Below are positions 10,400 to 21,885 of a stretch of 64,000 nt of DNA, in pieces (within the stretch, counting starts at the first letter, position 1; each line of letters starts with the position of its first letter). The notes beneath the pieces are model-generated. The model worked only from the letters and a program-made list of their open reading frames with translations, made no database searches and was not told the origin of the DNA. Made by a program: the position numbers and the translations under genes. Source of the DNA: Bacillota bacterium (lineage in GTDB: Bacteria; Bacillota; Clostridia; Peptostreptococcales; Natronincolaceae); assembly GCA_023387935.1 (NCBI GenBank), contig JAEWHG010000131.1, forward strand, positions 15,278 through 79,277. The letters run 5' to 3'.

Positions 10400-12886
10400 T
10401 TGAAAAAAGATTTAAATATAGTGCAGGTAATAGTAAATAATAATAGCTATCAAACTGATAAATTATTTACTTATGAGATTCCCACCCATTTATATAATAA
10501 AATAATTAGAGGTATGAGGGTTATAGTACCCTTTGGTAGGGGGAATCAAAGACTAGAAGCATATGTTTTAAATGTTGCTACTTCACCTGCTGACGATATA
10601 AAATTAAAAAAAATACTCGCTGTTATCGATGAAAAACCGATTCTATCAGAGAATCAATTAAGACTAGTATTTTGGATGCGTAATCAATATTTATGTAAAT
10701 ATATTGAAGCGATACACTGTTTAATACCTAAAGGTATGGTAAAAAAAGAAAGAAAACGAATCATATTAGTAAATAATAATTGGGAAAGTTTGATCCCGGC
10801 TAATCAGCGCAAAATAAGAAATATAATTACGGCTATAATTGATTTAGGTGGCAAGGTATATTTAGACTTATTGATGCAACACGTTGACTACAAAGAAATC
10901 AATGATTCTATCAAAATCCTTCTTGAAAAAAATATTATTGATATCAAATATGAATTTAATAGTAAAATAAATATAAAGACAGAACAATATATCGATATAA
11001 ATTTTTCAGAGGATCGGTGGGATGAGGTTTTAAATTCCCTAAATAAGGCTAAAAAACAGAAGATATCTATGGAAATATTAAAACAGTATGGTAAATGTAG
11101 TGTAAAAGAGTTATTGGAAGTAGCCAATACTGGAAGAGCTACACTGAATAGTTTAAGGGATAGAGGGTATATAAAGTATATTGATGTTGAAATTAAAAGA
11201 AATCCGTTTGCCAATAAAGAGTTTATGAACTTTCCAAAGTTTGTTCCTAATGGAGAGCAACAAGTAGCAATAGATAAGATTAGCAATTCAATAGAAATGG
11301 GTACAAGCGATCGATATTTAATACATGGTATTACGGGTAGTGGGAAAACTGAAATTTATTTACAATTAATCGAGAAAGCTTTAATAAAAGGTAAACGAGG
11401 CATTGTACTAGTTCCGGAAATTTCACTTACGCCACAGACTGTTGCAAGATTTATGGGAAGATTTGGAGATAGAATAGCTGTTCTTCATAGTAGTCTTTCA
11501 GATGGGGAAAGATACGATGAGTGGAGAAAGATTTTAGACAATGAGGTGGATATCGTAATAGGAGCAAGATCTGCTATTTTCGCTCCGCTTAAAGATTTAG
11601 GTATCATTATTATAGATGAGGAGCATGAACATACTTACAAATCTGATCAGAATCCACGATACAATGCTCTTGAGATTGCTGAATATCGTAGTCAATTAGA
11701 AGGTGCTGTATTAGTCTTGGGGTCTGCTACACCATCCCTTGAAAGCTATCATAAAGCTTTAAATAATCAATTGGATTTAATTACTTTAACTAAAAGAGCA
11801 ACAAATTCAAAACTACCGTCTGTAGAGGTAGTTAACATGGTTGATGAGTTTGAACTTGGTAATACTGGAATTTTTAGCAGTACATTACTATCTGCAATGG
11901 TGGAAAATCTTAAGAATCAAAAACAAACCATATTATTCCTAAATCGGAGAGGATATTCCAGTGTTTTATCCTGTAAAAGCTGTGGTTATACTATAAAATG
12001 TGGGCATTGTGATATTACTATGACATTTCATAAGACTGAAGGAAAATTAAAATGTCACTATTGCGGAAATATAAAGAACACACCTTCTGTATGTCCTATG
12101 TGTAGTAGTGATAGTATTAAATACTCGGGAACTGGAACTCAAAAAATCGAGGACTTAGTAAAATTAAATCTACCAAATGCTAGGGTACAACGCATGGATA
12201 TGGATACAACAAGTCGAAAAGGATCACATGAAAAAATATTAGAAAGCTTTGATAATCATGATATTGATATTCTAATAGGAACTCAAATGATATCTAAAGG
12301 ACTAGATTTTCCTAATGTGACTCTGGTGGGTATTATTTCTGCCGATTCAACTTTAAATTTACCAGATTTTAGAGCTGCTGAGAGAACCTTTCAGTTAGTT
12401 ACTCAAGTGGCTGGTAGAGCTGGTAGAGGTTTAGATGAAGGACGCGTAATTTTACAAACCTATGAGCCAGATCACTATAGTATTGTAGCATCAACTAACC
12501 ATGATTATAATAGTTTTGCTGAGAACGAGTTGATCATTAGGAGAGAATTTGGATATCCGCCATTTAATAATTTGATTTTATTAAATTTTTCTGGCAAAGT
12601 TGAAAAAGAAGTTGAACGTGTGGCCAACTCGGTTGCAAATCATATAAAATATATTTTGTACTCCCAAGGATATGAGATATTAGATCATATTATATTGGGT
12701 CCTAATCCAAGTATGATAAGTAGGGTAAAAGAAAACTATAGATATCAAATTTTACTAAAGGATTTAGATGTACCATTTTCATTGCTAAAAAAGGCAGTGA
12801 AATATTTGTTAATAGATCATAGAGGGAAACATATACCACAAAAGCTTACTTGTACAATTGATATAAATCCCTTTAGTATAATTTAA
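10400..12886 (+). CDS. priA: Primosomal protein N' (replication restart helicase)
   Basis: HGITGSGKTE, PEISLTPQ, DEEH, four CxxC zinc motifs, GTQMISKGLDFP, QVAGRAGR. Confidence 0.97.
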   Translation: MKKDLNIVQVIVNNNSYQTDKLFTYEIPTHLYNKIIRGMRVIVPFGRGNQRLEAYVLNVATSPADDIKLKKILAVIDEKPILSENQLRLVFWMRNQYLCKYIEAIHCLIPKGMVKKERKRIILVNNNWESLIPANQRKIRNIITAIIDLGGKVYLDLLMQHVDYKEINDSIKILLEKNIIDIKYEFNSKINIKTEQYIDINFSEDRWDEVLNSLNKAKKQKISMEILKQYGKCSVKELLEVANTGRATLNSLRDRGYIKYIDVEIKRNPFANKEFMNFPKFVPNGEQQVAIDKISNSIEMGTSDRYLIHGITGSGKTEIYLQLIEKALIKGKRGIVLVPEISLTPQTVARFMGRFGDRIAVLHSSLSDGERYDEWRKILDNEVDIVIGARSAIFAPLKDLGIIIIDEEHEHTYKSDQNPRYNALEIAEYRSQLEGAVLVLGSATPSLESYHKALNNQLDLITLTKRATNSKLPSVEVVNMVDEFELGNTGIFSSTLLSAMVENLKNQKQTILFLNRRGYSSVLSCKSCGYTIKCGHCDITMTFHKTEGKLKCHYCGNIKNTPSVCPMCSSDSIKYSGTGTQKIEDLVKLNLPNARVQRMDMDTTSRKGSHEKILESFDNHDIDILIGTQMISKGLDFPNVTLVGIISADSTLNLPDFRAAERTFQLVTQVAGRAGRGLDEGRVILQTYEPDHYSIVASTNHDYNSFAENELIIRREFGYPPFNNLILLNFSGKVEKEVERVANSVANHIKYILYSQGYEILDHIILGPNPSMISRVKENYRYQILLKDLDVPFSLLKKAVKYLLIDHRGKHIPQKLTCTIDINPFSII

Positions 12887-12903
12887 TTTAGGAGGTAAAA
12901 AAT

Positions 12904-13347
12904 ATGGCAATTAGAATTATTCGTAAGGAAGATGATCCGGTACTTAGAAAGATTTCACGAGCTGTGGATAAAATCGACGATAAAATAAGTACACTTTTAG
13001 ATGATATGATCGATACTATGTATGACGCTGATGGCGTAGGATTGGCTGCTCCACAGGTTGGCATTTTAAAAAGAGTAATAGTTATAGATATAGGCGAAGG
13101 AGTCATTGAACTAATAAATCCAGAGATCATCTATGAAGAAGGTAGCCAATGTGGTGGCGAAGGCTGCCTTAGCTTACCGGGGATTTCGGAAGATGTTACA
13201 AGACCTGCTTTTGTTAGAGTTAAGGGCTTAAATAGAAAAGGTCAGGAAATTATAGTTGAGGGTGAAGATCTTTTGGCGAGAGCTCTTTGTCACGAAATTG
13301 ATCATTTGAATGGAATACTATTCATAGATAGAGCAGAAAAGAAATAG
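12904..13347 (+). CDS. def: Peptide deformylase
   Basis: [18 protein letters not shown]. Confidence 0.97.
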   Translation: MAIRIIRKEDDPVLRKISRAVDKIDDKISTLLDDMIDTMYDADGVGLAAPQVGILKRVIVIDIGEGVIELINPEIIYEEGSQCGGEGCLSLPGISEDVTRPAFVRVKGLNRKGQEIIVEGEDLLARALCHEIDHLNGILFIDRAEKK

Positions 13348-13357
13348 AGGTGGTTTT

Positions 13358-14290
13358 ATGAAAATTCTTTATATGGGAACTCCGGAATTTGCTGTTCCAT
13401 GTTTAGAAACATTAATTAATAGCAAACATGAAATAATTGGTGTGTTTACACAACCGGACAAACCAAGTGGTAGAGGTCAAAAAGTTAATATAACACCTGT
13501 AAAGGAAAAGGCATTAGAATATAATATTCCTATTTTCCAACCATCTACCCTTAAAAATATAGATGTAATCAATCAAATACAAAACTTGAACCCTGATCTT
13601 ATTGTTGTTGTAGCATATGGTCAAATTCTACCGAAAGAAATTCTACAACTTCCTAAACATGGATGCATTAACGTTCATGCTTCGCTCCTACCTAAGTATC
13701 GTGGCGCAGGTCCGATTAACTGGGTTATTATTAATGGAGAGAAAAAAACTGGGATTACTACGATGTATATGGATGTCGGTCTTGATACAGGCGATATGAT
13801 ACTAAAAGAAGAAATTGAAATAGGAGAGTACGAAACAGCAGGAGAGCTTCATGATCGTTTAATGAACCTTGGAGCTAAGGTTTTGGATAACACCATGGCT
13901 TTAATTGAAAGGGAAGAAATAAAGCCTATCCCTCAAAATCATGATGAATCATCCTATGCACCGATGCTTACTAAAGAACTTGGAAAGATTAATTGGAGCA
14001 AATCTGCAGAGGAGATAAAGGATCTCATTAGAGGAACTATCCCATGGCCAACTTCCTATACTACTTATAAGGGACAGATTATGAAAATATGGAAAAGTAG
14101 AGTAATAGAAAGTAGCATTGTAAAGACGCCTGGAAAAATTGTAGAAGTACAAAAGGATTGTATACTTGTAGCTACAGGAAAAAATATCTTAGCCATTGAA
14201 GAAATACAGTTTAGCGGTAAAAAAAGAATGAACGTAAAGGATTATCTAATAGGGAATAATATTGAAATAGGAAATAACTTAGGTGAATAA
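13358..14290 (+). CDS. fmt: Methionyl-tRNA formyltransferase
   Basis: MGTPEFA, TQPDKP.GRG, NVHASLLPKYRGA.PI. Confidence 0.97.
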   Translation: MKILYMGTPEFAVPCLETLINSKHEIIGVFTQPDKPSGRGQKVNITPVKEKALEYNIPIFQPSTLKNIDVINQIQNLNPDLIVVVAYGQILPKEILQLPKHGCINVHASLLPKYRGAGPINWVIINGEKKTGITTMYMDVGLDTGDMILKEEIEIGEYETAGELHDRLMNLGAKVLDNTMALIEREEIKPIPQNHDESSYAPMLTKELGKINWSKSAEEIKDLIRGTIPWPTSYTTYKGQIMKIWKSRVIESSIVKTPGKIVEVQKDCILVATGKNILAIEEIQFSGKKRMNVKDYLIGNNIEIGNNLGE

Positions 14291-14291
14291 G

Positions 14292-15071
14292 ATGGAACCT
14301 GATAAAAATCTAAAGAAAAACAATGTTTATAGGAAATTTGTTTTTCTTTTAGTATTCATGTTAAGTTTAATAATATTATCTGCTATTGGTTTGATAATGC
14401 TTACTAGGTGGCAGAACCAACATTTTTATAAATTAGTATTTTCAACTATTAGTATTATTTTAGTTGTTATAAGTCTATTATTGTTAACTATAATTTTTAC
14501 TGTCATGCTTTTATGGTATGAATATCCTATGCCAAGAATTTTAAAAAGGTTACTAGAGATATATAATATAAATATATATCCAGCGATGCTTTTTTTAGGT
14601 AAAATATTAAAGTATGATAAAAACACCATAAGAAGAGCTTTTACAGAGGTAAATAATAAACTTGTATTTAGCAATGAATACAGCATTGAAGGTAGTGATA
14701 TTTTAATTTTGACTCCCCATTGCATTCAAAAATCTTTTTGTCCACATAAAATTACTAGTGATATTAAAAACTGTAAGCGCTGTGGCAAATGTAATGTAGA
14801 TCATTTGATAGGAATAGAAGAGAAGTATGGAGTAAAGACTAGTGTAGTAACAGGAGGTACTTTAGCAAGAAAAATAATTATAGATAAAAAACCTAAAGCT
14901 ATAGTTGCCATAGCTTGTGAAAGAGATTTAATTAGCGGTTTGCAGGATGTGAGAAAATTACCTATTATAGCGGTAATAAATAAAAGGCCAGAGGGTCCTT
15001 GTGTTAATACAGCAGTTGACTTAAATGAGGTCGAAAAAGCCATTCATCATTTTATAAATATAAAGGAGTGA
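14292..15071 (+). CDS. DUF116 membrane protein with Cys cluster
   Basis: Two N-terminal TM helices; PHCIQ...CKRCGKC, TGGTLAR, AIACERDL, PEGPC. Confidence 0.8.
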   Translation: MEPDKNLKKNNVYRKFVFLLVFMLSLIILSAIGLIMLTRWQNQHFYKLVFSTISIILVVISLLLLTIIFTVMLLWYEYPMPRILKRLLEIYNINIYPAMLFLGKILKYDKNTIRRAFTEVNNKLVFSNEYSIEGSDILILTPHCIQKSFCPHKITSDIKNCKRCGKCNVDHLIGIEEKYGVKTSVVTGGTLARKIIIDKKPKAIVAIACERDLISGLQDVRKLPIIAVINKRPEGPCVNTAVDLNEVEKAIHHFINIKE

Positions 15072-15077
15072 TTTAAT

Positions 15078-15767
15078 ATGTTCTACTATGGTTTTGACCC
15101 AACTATTGCTATTCTAATACCATCGATTTTACTTACTCTTTATGCTCAATCAAAGATTAAGTCAACCTTTGCAAAATATTTAAGAGTAGGTAGTAAAAAA
15201 GGATATAGTGGATTTCAAGTTGCTCGGTATATATTAGATCATAATGGGATGAGAGATGTTCCAATTGAGCTAGCTAGAGGTCAATTGAGTGATCATTATG
15301 ATCCTAGAAAAAGGGTGGTTCGTTTGTCAAATGATGTTTATCATGGGACTTCCTTAGCATCTATAAGCGTTGCTGCCCACGAATCAGGTCATGCAATTCA
15401 GCATTCTCACGGGTATGCTCCTCTTAGTATCAGAAATGTAATTTTCCCAGTGGCTAGTATTGGGTCACAAGCTGCTTGGTTTTTTGTTATTTTTGGTATT
15501 ATTATGTCCTTACCATCATTGGTAGATATAGGGATTTTATTATTTGCTGCAGCTGTATTATTTCAAGTCATTACTCTTCCTGTAGAGTTCAACGCTAGTA
15601 GTAGAGCCATAAGGCTACTTGATGAAGGTGGTTTTATTGTAGGTGAAGAGTACAACCATTCTAAAAAGATATTAAAAGCAGCGGCACTTACTTATGTGGC
15701 AGCCATGGCAACTGCGGTATCACAATTGATACGACTGCTACTTATAAGAGATCGAAGCAGAGACTAA
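15078..15767 (+). CDS. YugP-like membrane zinc metallopeptidase
   Basis: GQLSDHYDP, AAHESGHAIQ (HExxH), TLPVEFNAS.RA, AAALTYVA. Confidence 0.88.
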   Translation: MFYYGFDPTIAILIPSILLTLYAQSKIKSTFAKYLRVGSKKGYSGFQVARYILDHNGMRDVPIELARGQLSDHYDPRKRVVRLSNDVYHGTSLASISVAAHESGHAIQHSHGYAPLSIRNVIFPVASIGSQAAWFFVIFGIIMSLPSLVDIGILLFAAAVLFQVITLPVEFNASSRAIRLLDEGGFIVGEEYNHSKKILKAAALTYVAAMATAVSQLIRLLLIRDRSRD

Positions 15768-15789
15768 AAGGCGTCAATCACGCCTTTTT
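15766..15789 (+). terminator. Weak terminator-like hairpin before rsmB
   Basis: AAAAGGCGT-CAATC-ACGCCTTTTT. Confidence 0.55.
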
Positions 15790-15810
15790 ATTTGTATAGG
15801 AGGAAGGTAA

Positions 15811-17148
15811 ATGAACCCAAGAGAAGGAGCATTAATAACTTTATATGAGATAAATGAAAAGGAAGCTTTTTCAAATATAGCTTTAAACAAAGAATTAAGA
15901 AGTAACTCGTATAATCTATTAGATAAAAATCTATTAACAGAGCTAGTTTACGGTGTCTTAGAAAATCAGATTTATATTGACTATATCATAAGTCAATTTT
16001 CAACCTTTGAAACAAGAAAAATGAATCCATATACATTAAATTTACTAAGACTTGGAACATACCAATTGTTATTTTTAGACAAAGTACCTAGCTTTGCGGC
16101 TGTAAATGAAACAGTGAATCTATCTAAAAAATATTGTAAAAAAACCACAGGATTTATTAATGGAATTTTAAGAAATATACAGAGAAATAAGGATAATATT
16201 AAACTTCCAAATTCTAGTAAGGATATAGTTCGATATTTTTCTGTAAAATATTCACATCCAGAATGGTTGGTAAAATTGTTTTTAAAGAATTTTGAAAGAG
16301 ATTTTGTAGAAGATCTTTTAAAAGCAAATAATACCAAACCAGAACTTTATGTTCGAATAAACACATTAAAAATATCCATTGAAGATTGCATAAACCTTCT
16401 TACGGATGAAGGTTACAAAATAATACAGAGTAAATTAATCGAAGAAGCTGTTGCTGTTAAAGGACTTCATAATATAGAGCAAACGGATTTATATAAAAAA
16501 GGATATATTCAAGTACAGGATGTAAGTTCCATGTTAGTTTCTAAAATTTTATCCCCTAAGGAAGGCGAGTTTGTAATTGATCTATGTAGCGCACCTGGTG
16601 GCAAAACTACTCATATGGCTCAATTAATGAATAATAAAGGCACAATTATAGCTAGGGATATTCATGAACATAAATTAAAGCTTGTTGAAAGAAATGCTAA
16701 AAGATTAGGAATAAATATTATTAAGACAGAAAACTTCAGCGGGGACCAATTAGATAAGAAGCTAGTTGATACTGCAGATAAGGTATTGGTAGATGCACCT
16801 TGCTCAGGTCTAGGTATTATTCGTAGAAAGCCTGAAATAAAGTATAGAAAACAAGAAAAGGACAGAAAAGAAATTGCGTCCATACAGTATGATATCCTTA
16901 AAAATGCAGCTAAATACGTAAAAATAGGTGGAGAATTAGTATATAGTACTTGCACTATAAATCCTGAAGAAAATGATATTGTTGTGCAGAAGTTTTTAAA
17001 TAATAATTCAAACTATGTTTTAATTGACTTAAATAAGGAATATAATGATTTAGTTCTAGGGCTTAATACTAAGGCTACAATTCAGCTTTATCCGAATGTG
17101 CATAATACCGACGGATTCTTTATTTCTAAATTAAAACGAATTAATTAA
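15811..17148 (+). CDS. rsmB: 16S rRNA m5C967 methyltransferase
   Basis: NusB-like N-terminus, [23 protein letters not shown]. Confidence 0.95.
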   Translation: MNPREGALITLYEINEKEAFSNIALNKELRSNSYNLLDKNLLTELVYGVLENQIYIDYIISQFSTFETRKMNPYTLNLLRLGTYQLLFLDKVPSFAAVNETVNLSKKYCKKTTGFINGILRNIQRNKDNIKLPNSSKDIVRYFSVKYSHPEWLVKLFLKNFERDFVEDLLKANNTKPELYVRINTLKISIEDCINLLTDEGYKIIQSKLIEEAVAVKGLHNIEQTDLYKKGYIQVQDVSSMLVSKILSPKEGEFVIDLCSAPGGKTTHMAQLMNNKGTIIARDIHEHKLKLVERNAKRLGINIIKTENFSGDQLDKKLVDTADKVLVDAPCSGLGIIRRKPEIKYRKQEKDRKEIASIQYDILKNAAKYVKIGGELVYSTCTINPEENDIVVQKFLNNNSNYVLIDLNKEYNDLVLGLNTKATIQLYPNVHNTDGFFISKLKRIN

Positions 17149-17170
17149 GATTCGGGAGGTTAATTATACG

Positions 17171-18205
17171 ATGGACAAAAAAGATTTGTTAAGTTTAACA
17201 ATGGGAGAAATAGAAGAACTCCTAATTAGTATGAACGAGAAAAAATTTAGAGGAAAGCAAATATTTGAGTGGATTAATAAAGGAATCAAAGACTTTGATG
17301 AGATGACTAATTTATCAAAAACTTTGAGAGATAAATTATCAGAGCGCACTTACATTACAAATATTAAAATTGAGGAGAAAATAGTTTCTACTATAGATGG
17401 TACAATAAAATATTTATTTTTACTAGATGATTATAATATAATAGAAGGTGTGGTTATGAAATACAACCATGGATTAACTGCTTGTATATCTACTCAAGTA
17501 GGTTGTGCTATGGGCTGTACATTCTGTGCATCTACTATAAATGGATTAATTAGAAATTTGAGAGCTGGGGAAATGGTAGATCAAATATTAACTATGGAGA
17601 AAGATACTGGTGAAAGAATTTCAAATATAGTATTAATGGGAAGTGGAGAACCATTAAATAATTATAATGAAACTATCAACTTTCTAAAGATCGTAAATGA
17701 CGAAAATGGATTGAATATAGGTAACAGACATATTACACTGTCAACTTCCGGTCTTGTACCGCAAATCAAAGATTTGGCAGATTTGCAAATACCTATTAAT
17801 CTAGCAATATCTTTACATGCCCCTAATGATGAACTAAGAAGAAAGACAATGCCAGTAGCTAAAAGGTATTCTATTAAGGAATTAATAGATAGTTGTAAAT
17901 ATTATATTGAAAAGACTAATCGTAGGATAACTTTTGAATATGCATTAATAAAAGGGGTTAATGATGGAGAAAAAGAGGCAAAGGAGCTAGTAGCTCTGTT
18001 AAAGGGTATGCTATGCCATGTAAATCTAATACCTATAAATAGTGTTGAAGAAAGGGAATATAAAAAGCCCAATACGGAGTCCATTAATAGGTTCCAAAAT
18101 ACATTAAAAAGATCAGGTATAGAAACTACTGTTAGAAGGGAAATGGGATCGGATATTAATGCAGCATGTGGTCAATTGAGGCGAAAATATTTACAAAACT
18201 CGTAA
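17171..18205 (+). CDS. rlmN: 23S rRNA/tRNA A2503 C2-methyltransferase (radical SAM)
   Basis: [34 protein letters not shown]. Confidence 0.95.
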   Translation: MDKKDLLSLTMGEIEELLISMNEKKFRGKQIFEWINKGIKDFDEMTNLSKTLRDKLSERTYITNIKIEEKIVSTIDGTIKYLFLLDDYNIIEGVVMKYNHGLTACISTQVGCAMGCTFCASTINGLIRNLRAGEMVDQILTMEKDTGERISNIVLMGSGEPLNNYNETINFLKIVNDENGLNIGNRHITLSTSGLVPQIKDLADLQIPINLAISLHAPNDELRRKTMPVAKRYSIKELIDSCKYYIEKTNRRITFEYALIKGVNDGEKEAKELVALLKGMLCHVNLIPINSVEEREYKKPNTESINRFQNTLKRSGIETTVRREMGSDINAACGQLRRKYLQNS

Positions 18206-18267
18206 AAATGGTAAAATAGTATGAACACATAGAAATTTTGCTATAGGTTAAAGGGGGCGAGTGAAAA

Positions 18268-19017
18268 ATGAATGTGAGTGCTATTTCAGATATTGGTAAA
18301 GTAAGAGATATTAATGAAGATAACTATTGTATTTACGAAAAAGACTACAAACTATTTATAGTGGCCGATGGGATGGGTGGTCATAATGCAGGAGAAGTAG
18401 CTAGTTTTCTTGTTGTTAACAGTATTAAAGATCATATTACTAATTACGTTTCTGCTGATATGGAGGAGCAGGCTGTTAAAGGTATTATATTTGAAGCTTT
18501 TAATCGTGCCAATGAAAAAGTTTATCTGTATGCACAAGAAAACTCTTCTTGTGATGGAATGGGTACTACTGCAACATTAGCTCTAAAGATGGATTCCACT
18601 CTTTATATTGGGCATGTAGGAGACAGTCGGGCATATATTATTAGAGACAGTGTTATAGAACAAATAACACAGGATCATTCTTTAGTTGCTGAGTTAGTTC
18701 GAAGTGGAAGTATTACTGAAATAGAGGCAAATAAACATCCCCAAAAAAATATTATTACCAGAGCATTAGGAACTAACAAGAATATTAAGGTTGATATTTT
18801 TAATATGGATTTTTCCTATGGTGATATTTTAATTTTATGTACAGATGGTTTAAGTAATTTCGTAGACAAATATGAAATAGAGAAAACAGCTTTGGAGTTT
18901 AAAGATAGTAATGATGCATGTGAAAGGTTGGTATCTATGGCAAATAAAAGAGGTGGCTATGATAATATTACCGTATTAGTTGCAAAAAACAGTGAAGAAA
19001 ATATAGGTAGAAGGTAG
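18268..19017 (+). CDS. prpC: PP2C Ser/Thr phosphatase (Stp1/PrpC)
   Basis: NED, VADGMGGH, HVGDSRAY, DHSLV, LCTDG, DNIT; upstream of PASTA kinase. Confidence 0.92.
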   Translation: MNVSAISDIGKVRDINEDNYCIYEKDYKLFIVADGMGGHNAGEVASFLVVNSIKDHITNYVSADMEEQAVKGIIFEAFNRANEKVYLYAQENSSCDGMGTTATLALKMDSTLYIGHVGDSRAYIIRDSVIEQITQDHSLVAELVRSGSITEIEANKHPQKNIITRALGTNKNIKVDIFNMDFSYGDILILCTDGLSNFVDKYEIEKTALEFKDSNDACERLVSMANKRGGYDNITVLVAKNSEENIGRR

Positions 19018-19025
19018 GTGAATAC

Positions 19026-20993
19026 ATGATTGGTAAAATTTTAGGTAAAAGATATGAAATTGTTGAAAAAATAGGTGGAGGCGGGATGGCATTAGTATAT
19101 AGAGCTAAATGCAATCTTTTAAATCGATTTGTTGCAGTTAAGGTGTTAAGACCAGAATTTATAAATGATAAAGATTTGTTAGATAAGTTTAGAAAAGAAT
19201 CTCAAGCAGCTGCTAGCTTATCTCACCCAAACATTGTAAATGTATACGATGTGGGTGAAGAAGATGATATTTATTATATTGTTATGGAATATGTAAAGGG
19301 AAAAACTTTAAAAGAGTTAATTCAAGAGAAAGGTAAGCTTTCTAAAGATGAAATACTGGACTATACTAGACAAATAGCTTTAGCGCTAAAACATGCCCAT
19401 TCCAATCATATTGTTCATCGAGATATTAAGCCTCATAATATTTTAATAACGGATGACAATAGAGCAAAGGTAACAGATTTTGGAATTGCATTAGCCGCAA
19501 CATCTTCAACTATTACGAATGCAGGAAGTATAATTGGCTCGGTACACTATTTTTCACCAGAACAAGCAAGAGGAGGGTATACTGACGAAAAATCCGATTT
19601 ATATTCCTTAGGTGTGGTTATGTATGAAATGGCTACAGGTAGACTGCCTTTTGAAGGAGATGCACCTATTACAATTGCATTGAAGCATATACAAGATAAC
19701 CCAGAACCTCCTTCTAAATATAATCCTTCTATTTCAAAGGAATTAGAGTCTATCATTATTAAATTAATGCAGAAAGAGCAATCTTCTAGATATGCAAATG
19801 CTTCTGCATTAATAGAGGACTTATATAAAGTTAAAAATAATTTTGAATTAGGGAATATGGATAATACTCTGAAAATTGAGGACTCTCCTACTCAGATTAT
19901 TCCAATGGTAACGGCAAATGAAATAAAGGAATTAACAGATAGTAGAGATGAGATAAGAAACAAGGATTTAGTTGATAAGAAAGATAATAAAAACCCAAAA
20001 AGAAAGCTAATTATTGGATCTGCTATTGCTGCAGCCTTAGTTGCTGCCCTAGTGTTTACTTTTGCTTTCTTCTATGTATCTGATTTTTTAAAAACAGAAG
20101 ATGTGGAAGTGCCAAATTTTGTTGGTATGGATATTGATGAGGCTGAAGCTGAGGCAGGAAAACTGGGTATTAGACTAAATATGAGCACTGAATATAATGC
20201 GGATGTACCTAAGGATGAAATAATTAGGCAAACAACGTCTCCTGGTATGAAGGTTCGAAAAGGTTTTGAAGTCAAGATCGTAGTTAGTGAAGGTAGTAAA
20301 TTAGCTGTAGTACCAGATTTAGTTTATAAAAATGAATCTGAAGCGGAAGCCTTATTAAAGGCTAAGGGATTCAAGGTTGGAGCTGTAACACCAGAATTTA
20401 GTGAATTACCTATAGGGACGATTATCGATCAAAATCCACGAGCAGGACTGGAGGCAGTTGAAGGATCAGCAGTAGATTATGTAGTTAGTAAAGGACCAGA
20501 GGTTGCAACGGTATCAATGCCTAACCTAGTAGGAAAAACCTTAGAAGAAGCTAGAGTGATTCTTGCCCAATTTAATCTTAAAGAAGGAAGTATTACAGAA
20601 GAGTACAGTAATGTATATGTACGAGGCTATATCATAGGTCAAAATATTCAAGAGAATGAAGAAGTTAGCGAAGGTTCCGTTGTTAATCTGATCGTTAGCA
20701 AAGGCACTGATGATCCAGATCATTCTGAAGATATAGGTGGAGAAAATGGTGAAGAGTCCACAGAAACTCCTTCGACACAACCAATAAGTATTAGTCTAGA
20801 AGGTTATACAGGTATAGTTGATGTTGAAGTATATCAAATTGGAGCTCTAAGCAATAAGAAAGTATATAGTAAAAAACATAATGTAGATGTAGAAGGAACA
20901 TCACTTAGAGCAGAAGTAAGTGGAACTGGTAGCCAGCAGTTTGATGTTTATATAAACGGAGAGAAAAAAGGAGAAGTAGTAATTAATTTTTAG
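19026..20993 (+). CDS. pknB: PASTA-domain Ser/Thr kinase (PknB/PrkC)
   Basis: GGGGMA, HRDIKPHN, DFG, one TM helix, three PASTA repeats (VPNFVG, VPDLVY, MPNLVG). Confidence 0.95.
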   Translation: MIGKILGKRYEIVEKIGGGGMALVYRAKCNLLNRFVAVKVLRPEFINDKDLLDKFRKESQAAASLSHPNIVNVYDVGEEDDIYYIVMEYVKGKTLKELIQEKGKLSKDEILDYTRQIALALKHAHSNHIVHRDIKPHNILITDDNRAKVTDFGIALAATSSTITNAGSIIGSVHYFSPEQARGGYTDEKSDLYSLGVVMYEMATGRLPFEGDAPITIALKHIQDNPEPPSKYNPSISKELESIIIKLMQKEQSSRYANASALIEDLYKVKNNFELGNMDNTLKIEDSPTQIIPMVTANEIKELTDSRDEIRNKDLVDKKDNKNPKRKLIIGSAIAAALVAALVFTFAFFYVSDFLKTEDVEVPNFVGMDIDEAEAEAGKLGIRLNMSTEYNADVPKDEIIRQTTSPGMKVRKGFEVKIVVSEGSKLAVVPDLVYKNESEAEALLKAKGFKVGAVTPEFSELPIGTIIDQNPRAGLEAVEGSAVDYVVSKGPEVATVSMPNLVGKTLEEARVILAQFNLKEGSITEEYSNVYVRGYIIGQNIQENEEVSEGSVVNLIVSKGTDDPDHSEDIGGENGEESTETPSTQPISISLEGYTGIVDVEVYQIGALSNKKVYSKKHNVDVEGTSLRAEVSGTGSQQFDVYINGEKKGEVVINF

Positions 20994-21003
20994 GGGGTAT
21001 TTA

Positions 21004-21882
21004 ATGTATAGTGGTAGGTTAATTAAAGGGATCGGTGGTTTTTATTACGTTGATGTAAGTGATCAAATATTTGAGTGCAAAGCTCGAGGCCTATTTAGAA
21101 AGAAGAAGATAACGCCCTTAGTTGGAGACTATGTAGAAATAGATATTCTAGACAATGAAAACAAAAAGGGTGTTATTGAAGATATCAATGATCGCCACAA
21201 CGAACTAATTAGACCTTCAGTTTCTAATATAGATCAAGCAATAGTAGTATTTGCAGTAACTCAGCCAGATCCCCACCTTTCACTTTTAGATAGATTTTTG
21301 GTCTTAGCTGAAAGTCAGAAACTGAATATCATTATTTGTCTTAATAAAATTGACTTATTAGAAGAAGTAGAATATGAGGCAATTGTTAATATTTATAAAT
21401 CAGCAGGATATAAAATTATACGAACAAGTACTAAAGAGAACAAAGGCATTATGGAGTTAAGAAATGAGCTTAAAAATAAAACCACTGTATTTGCAGGTCC
21501 ATCTGGAGTAGGTAAATCTACACTTTTAAATCATATACATCCAGGACTAAAACTACAGACCGGTGAAATAAGCACTAAAATTTCAAGGGGAAAGCATACA
21601 ACGCGCCATGCAGAGCTTATAGCAATAGGTGAAAATGGTTGGGTTGTAGATACTCCTGGATTTAGCTCTTTAGATATGAATTTTATAGAGGAAGATGAAC
21701 TAGATTTCCATTTTCCAGAATTCATGATCCATGTAGATCAATGTAAATTTAATTCATGTAAGCATTTAAATGAACCGAGCTGCGCTGTTAAAGAAGCAGT
21801 TCAGTTAAATGAAATATCTGAAGGTCGATATAATAGTTACGTTCAATTCATTGATGAAATTAGAAAACATAGGAGGTATTAA
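21004..21882 (+). CDS. rsgA: Ribosome small-subunit-dependent GTPase
   Basis: NKID, GPSGVGKS, GKHTT, DTPG, CKF..C.H..EP.C. Confidence 0.96.
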   Translation: MYSGRLIKGIGGFYYVDVSDQIFECKARGLFRKKKITPLVGDYVEIDILDNENKKGVIEDINDRHNELIRPSVSNIDQAIVVFAVTQPDPHLSLLDRFLVLAESQKLNIIICLNKIDLLEEVEYEAIVNIYKSAGYKIIRTSTKENKGIMELRNELKNKTTVFAGPSGVGKSTLLNHIHPGLKLQTGEISTKISRGKHTTRHAELIAIGENGWVVDTPGFSSLDMNFIEEDELDFHFPEFMIHVDQCKFNSCKHLNEPSCAVKEAVQLNEISEGRYNSYVQFIDEIRKHRRY

Positions 21883-21885
21883 TAC

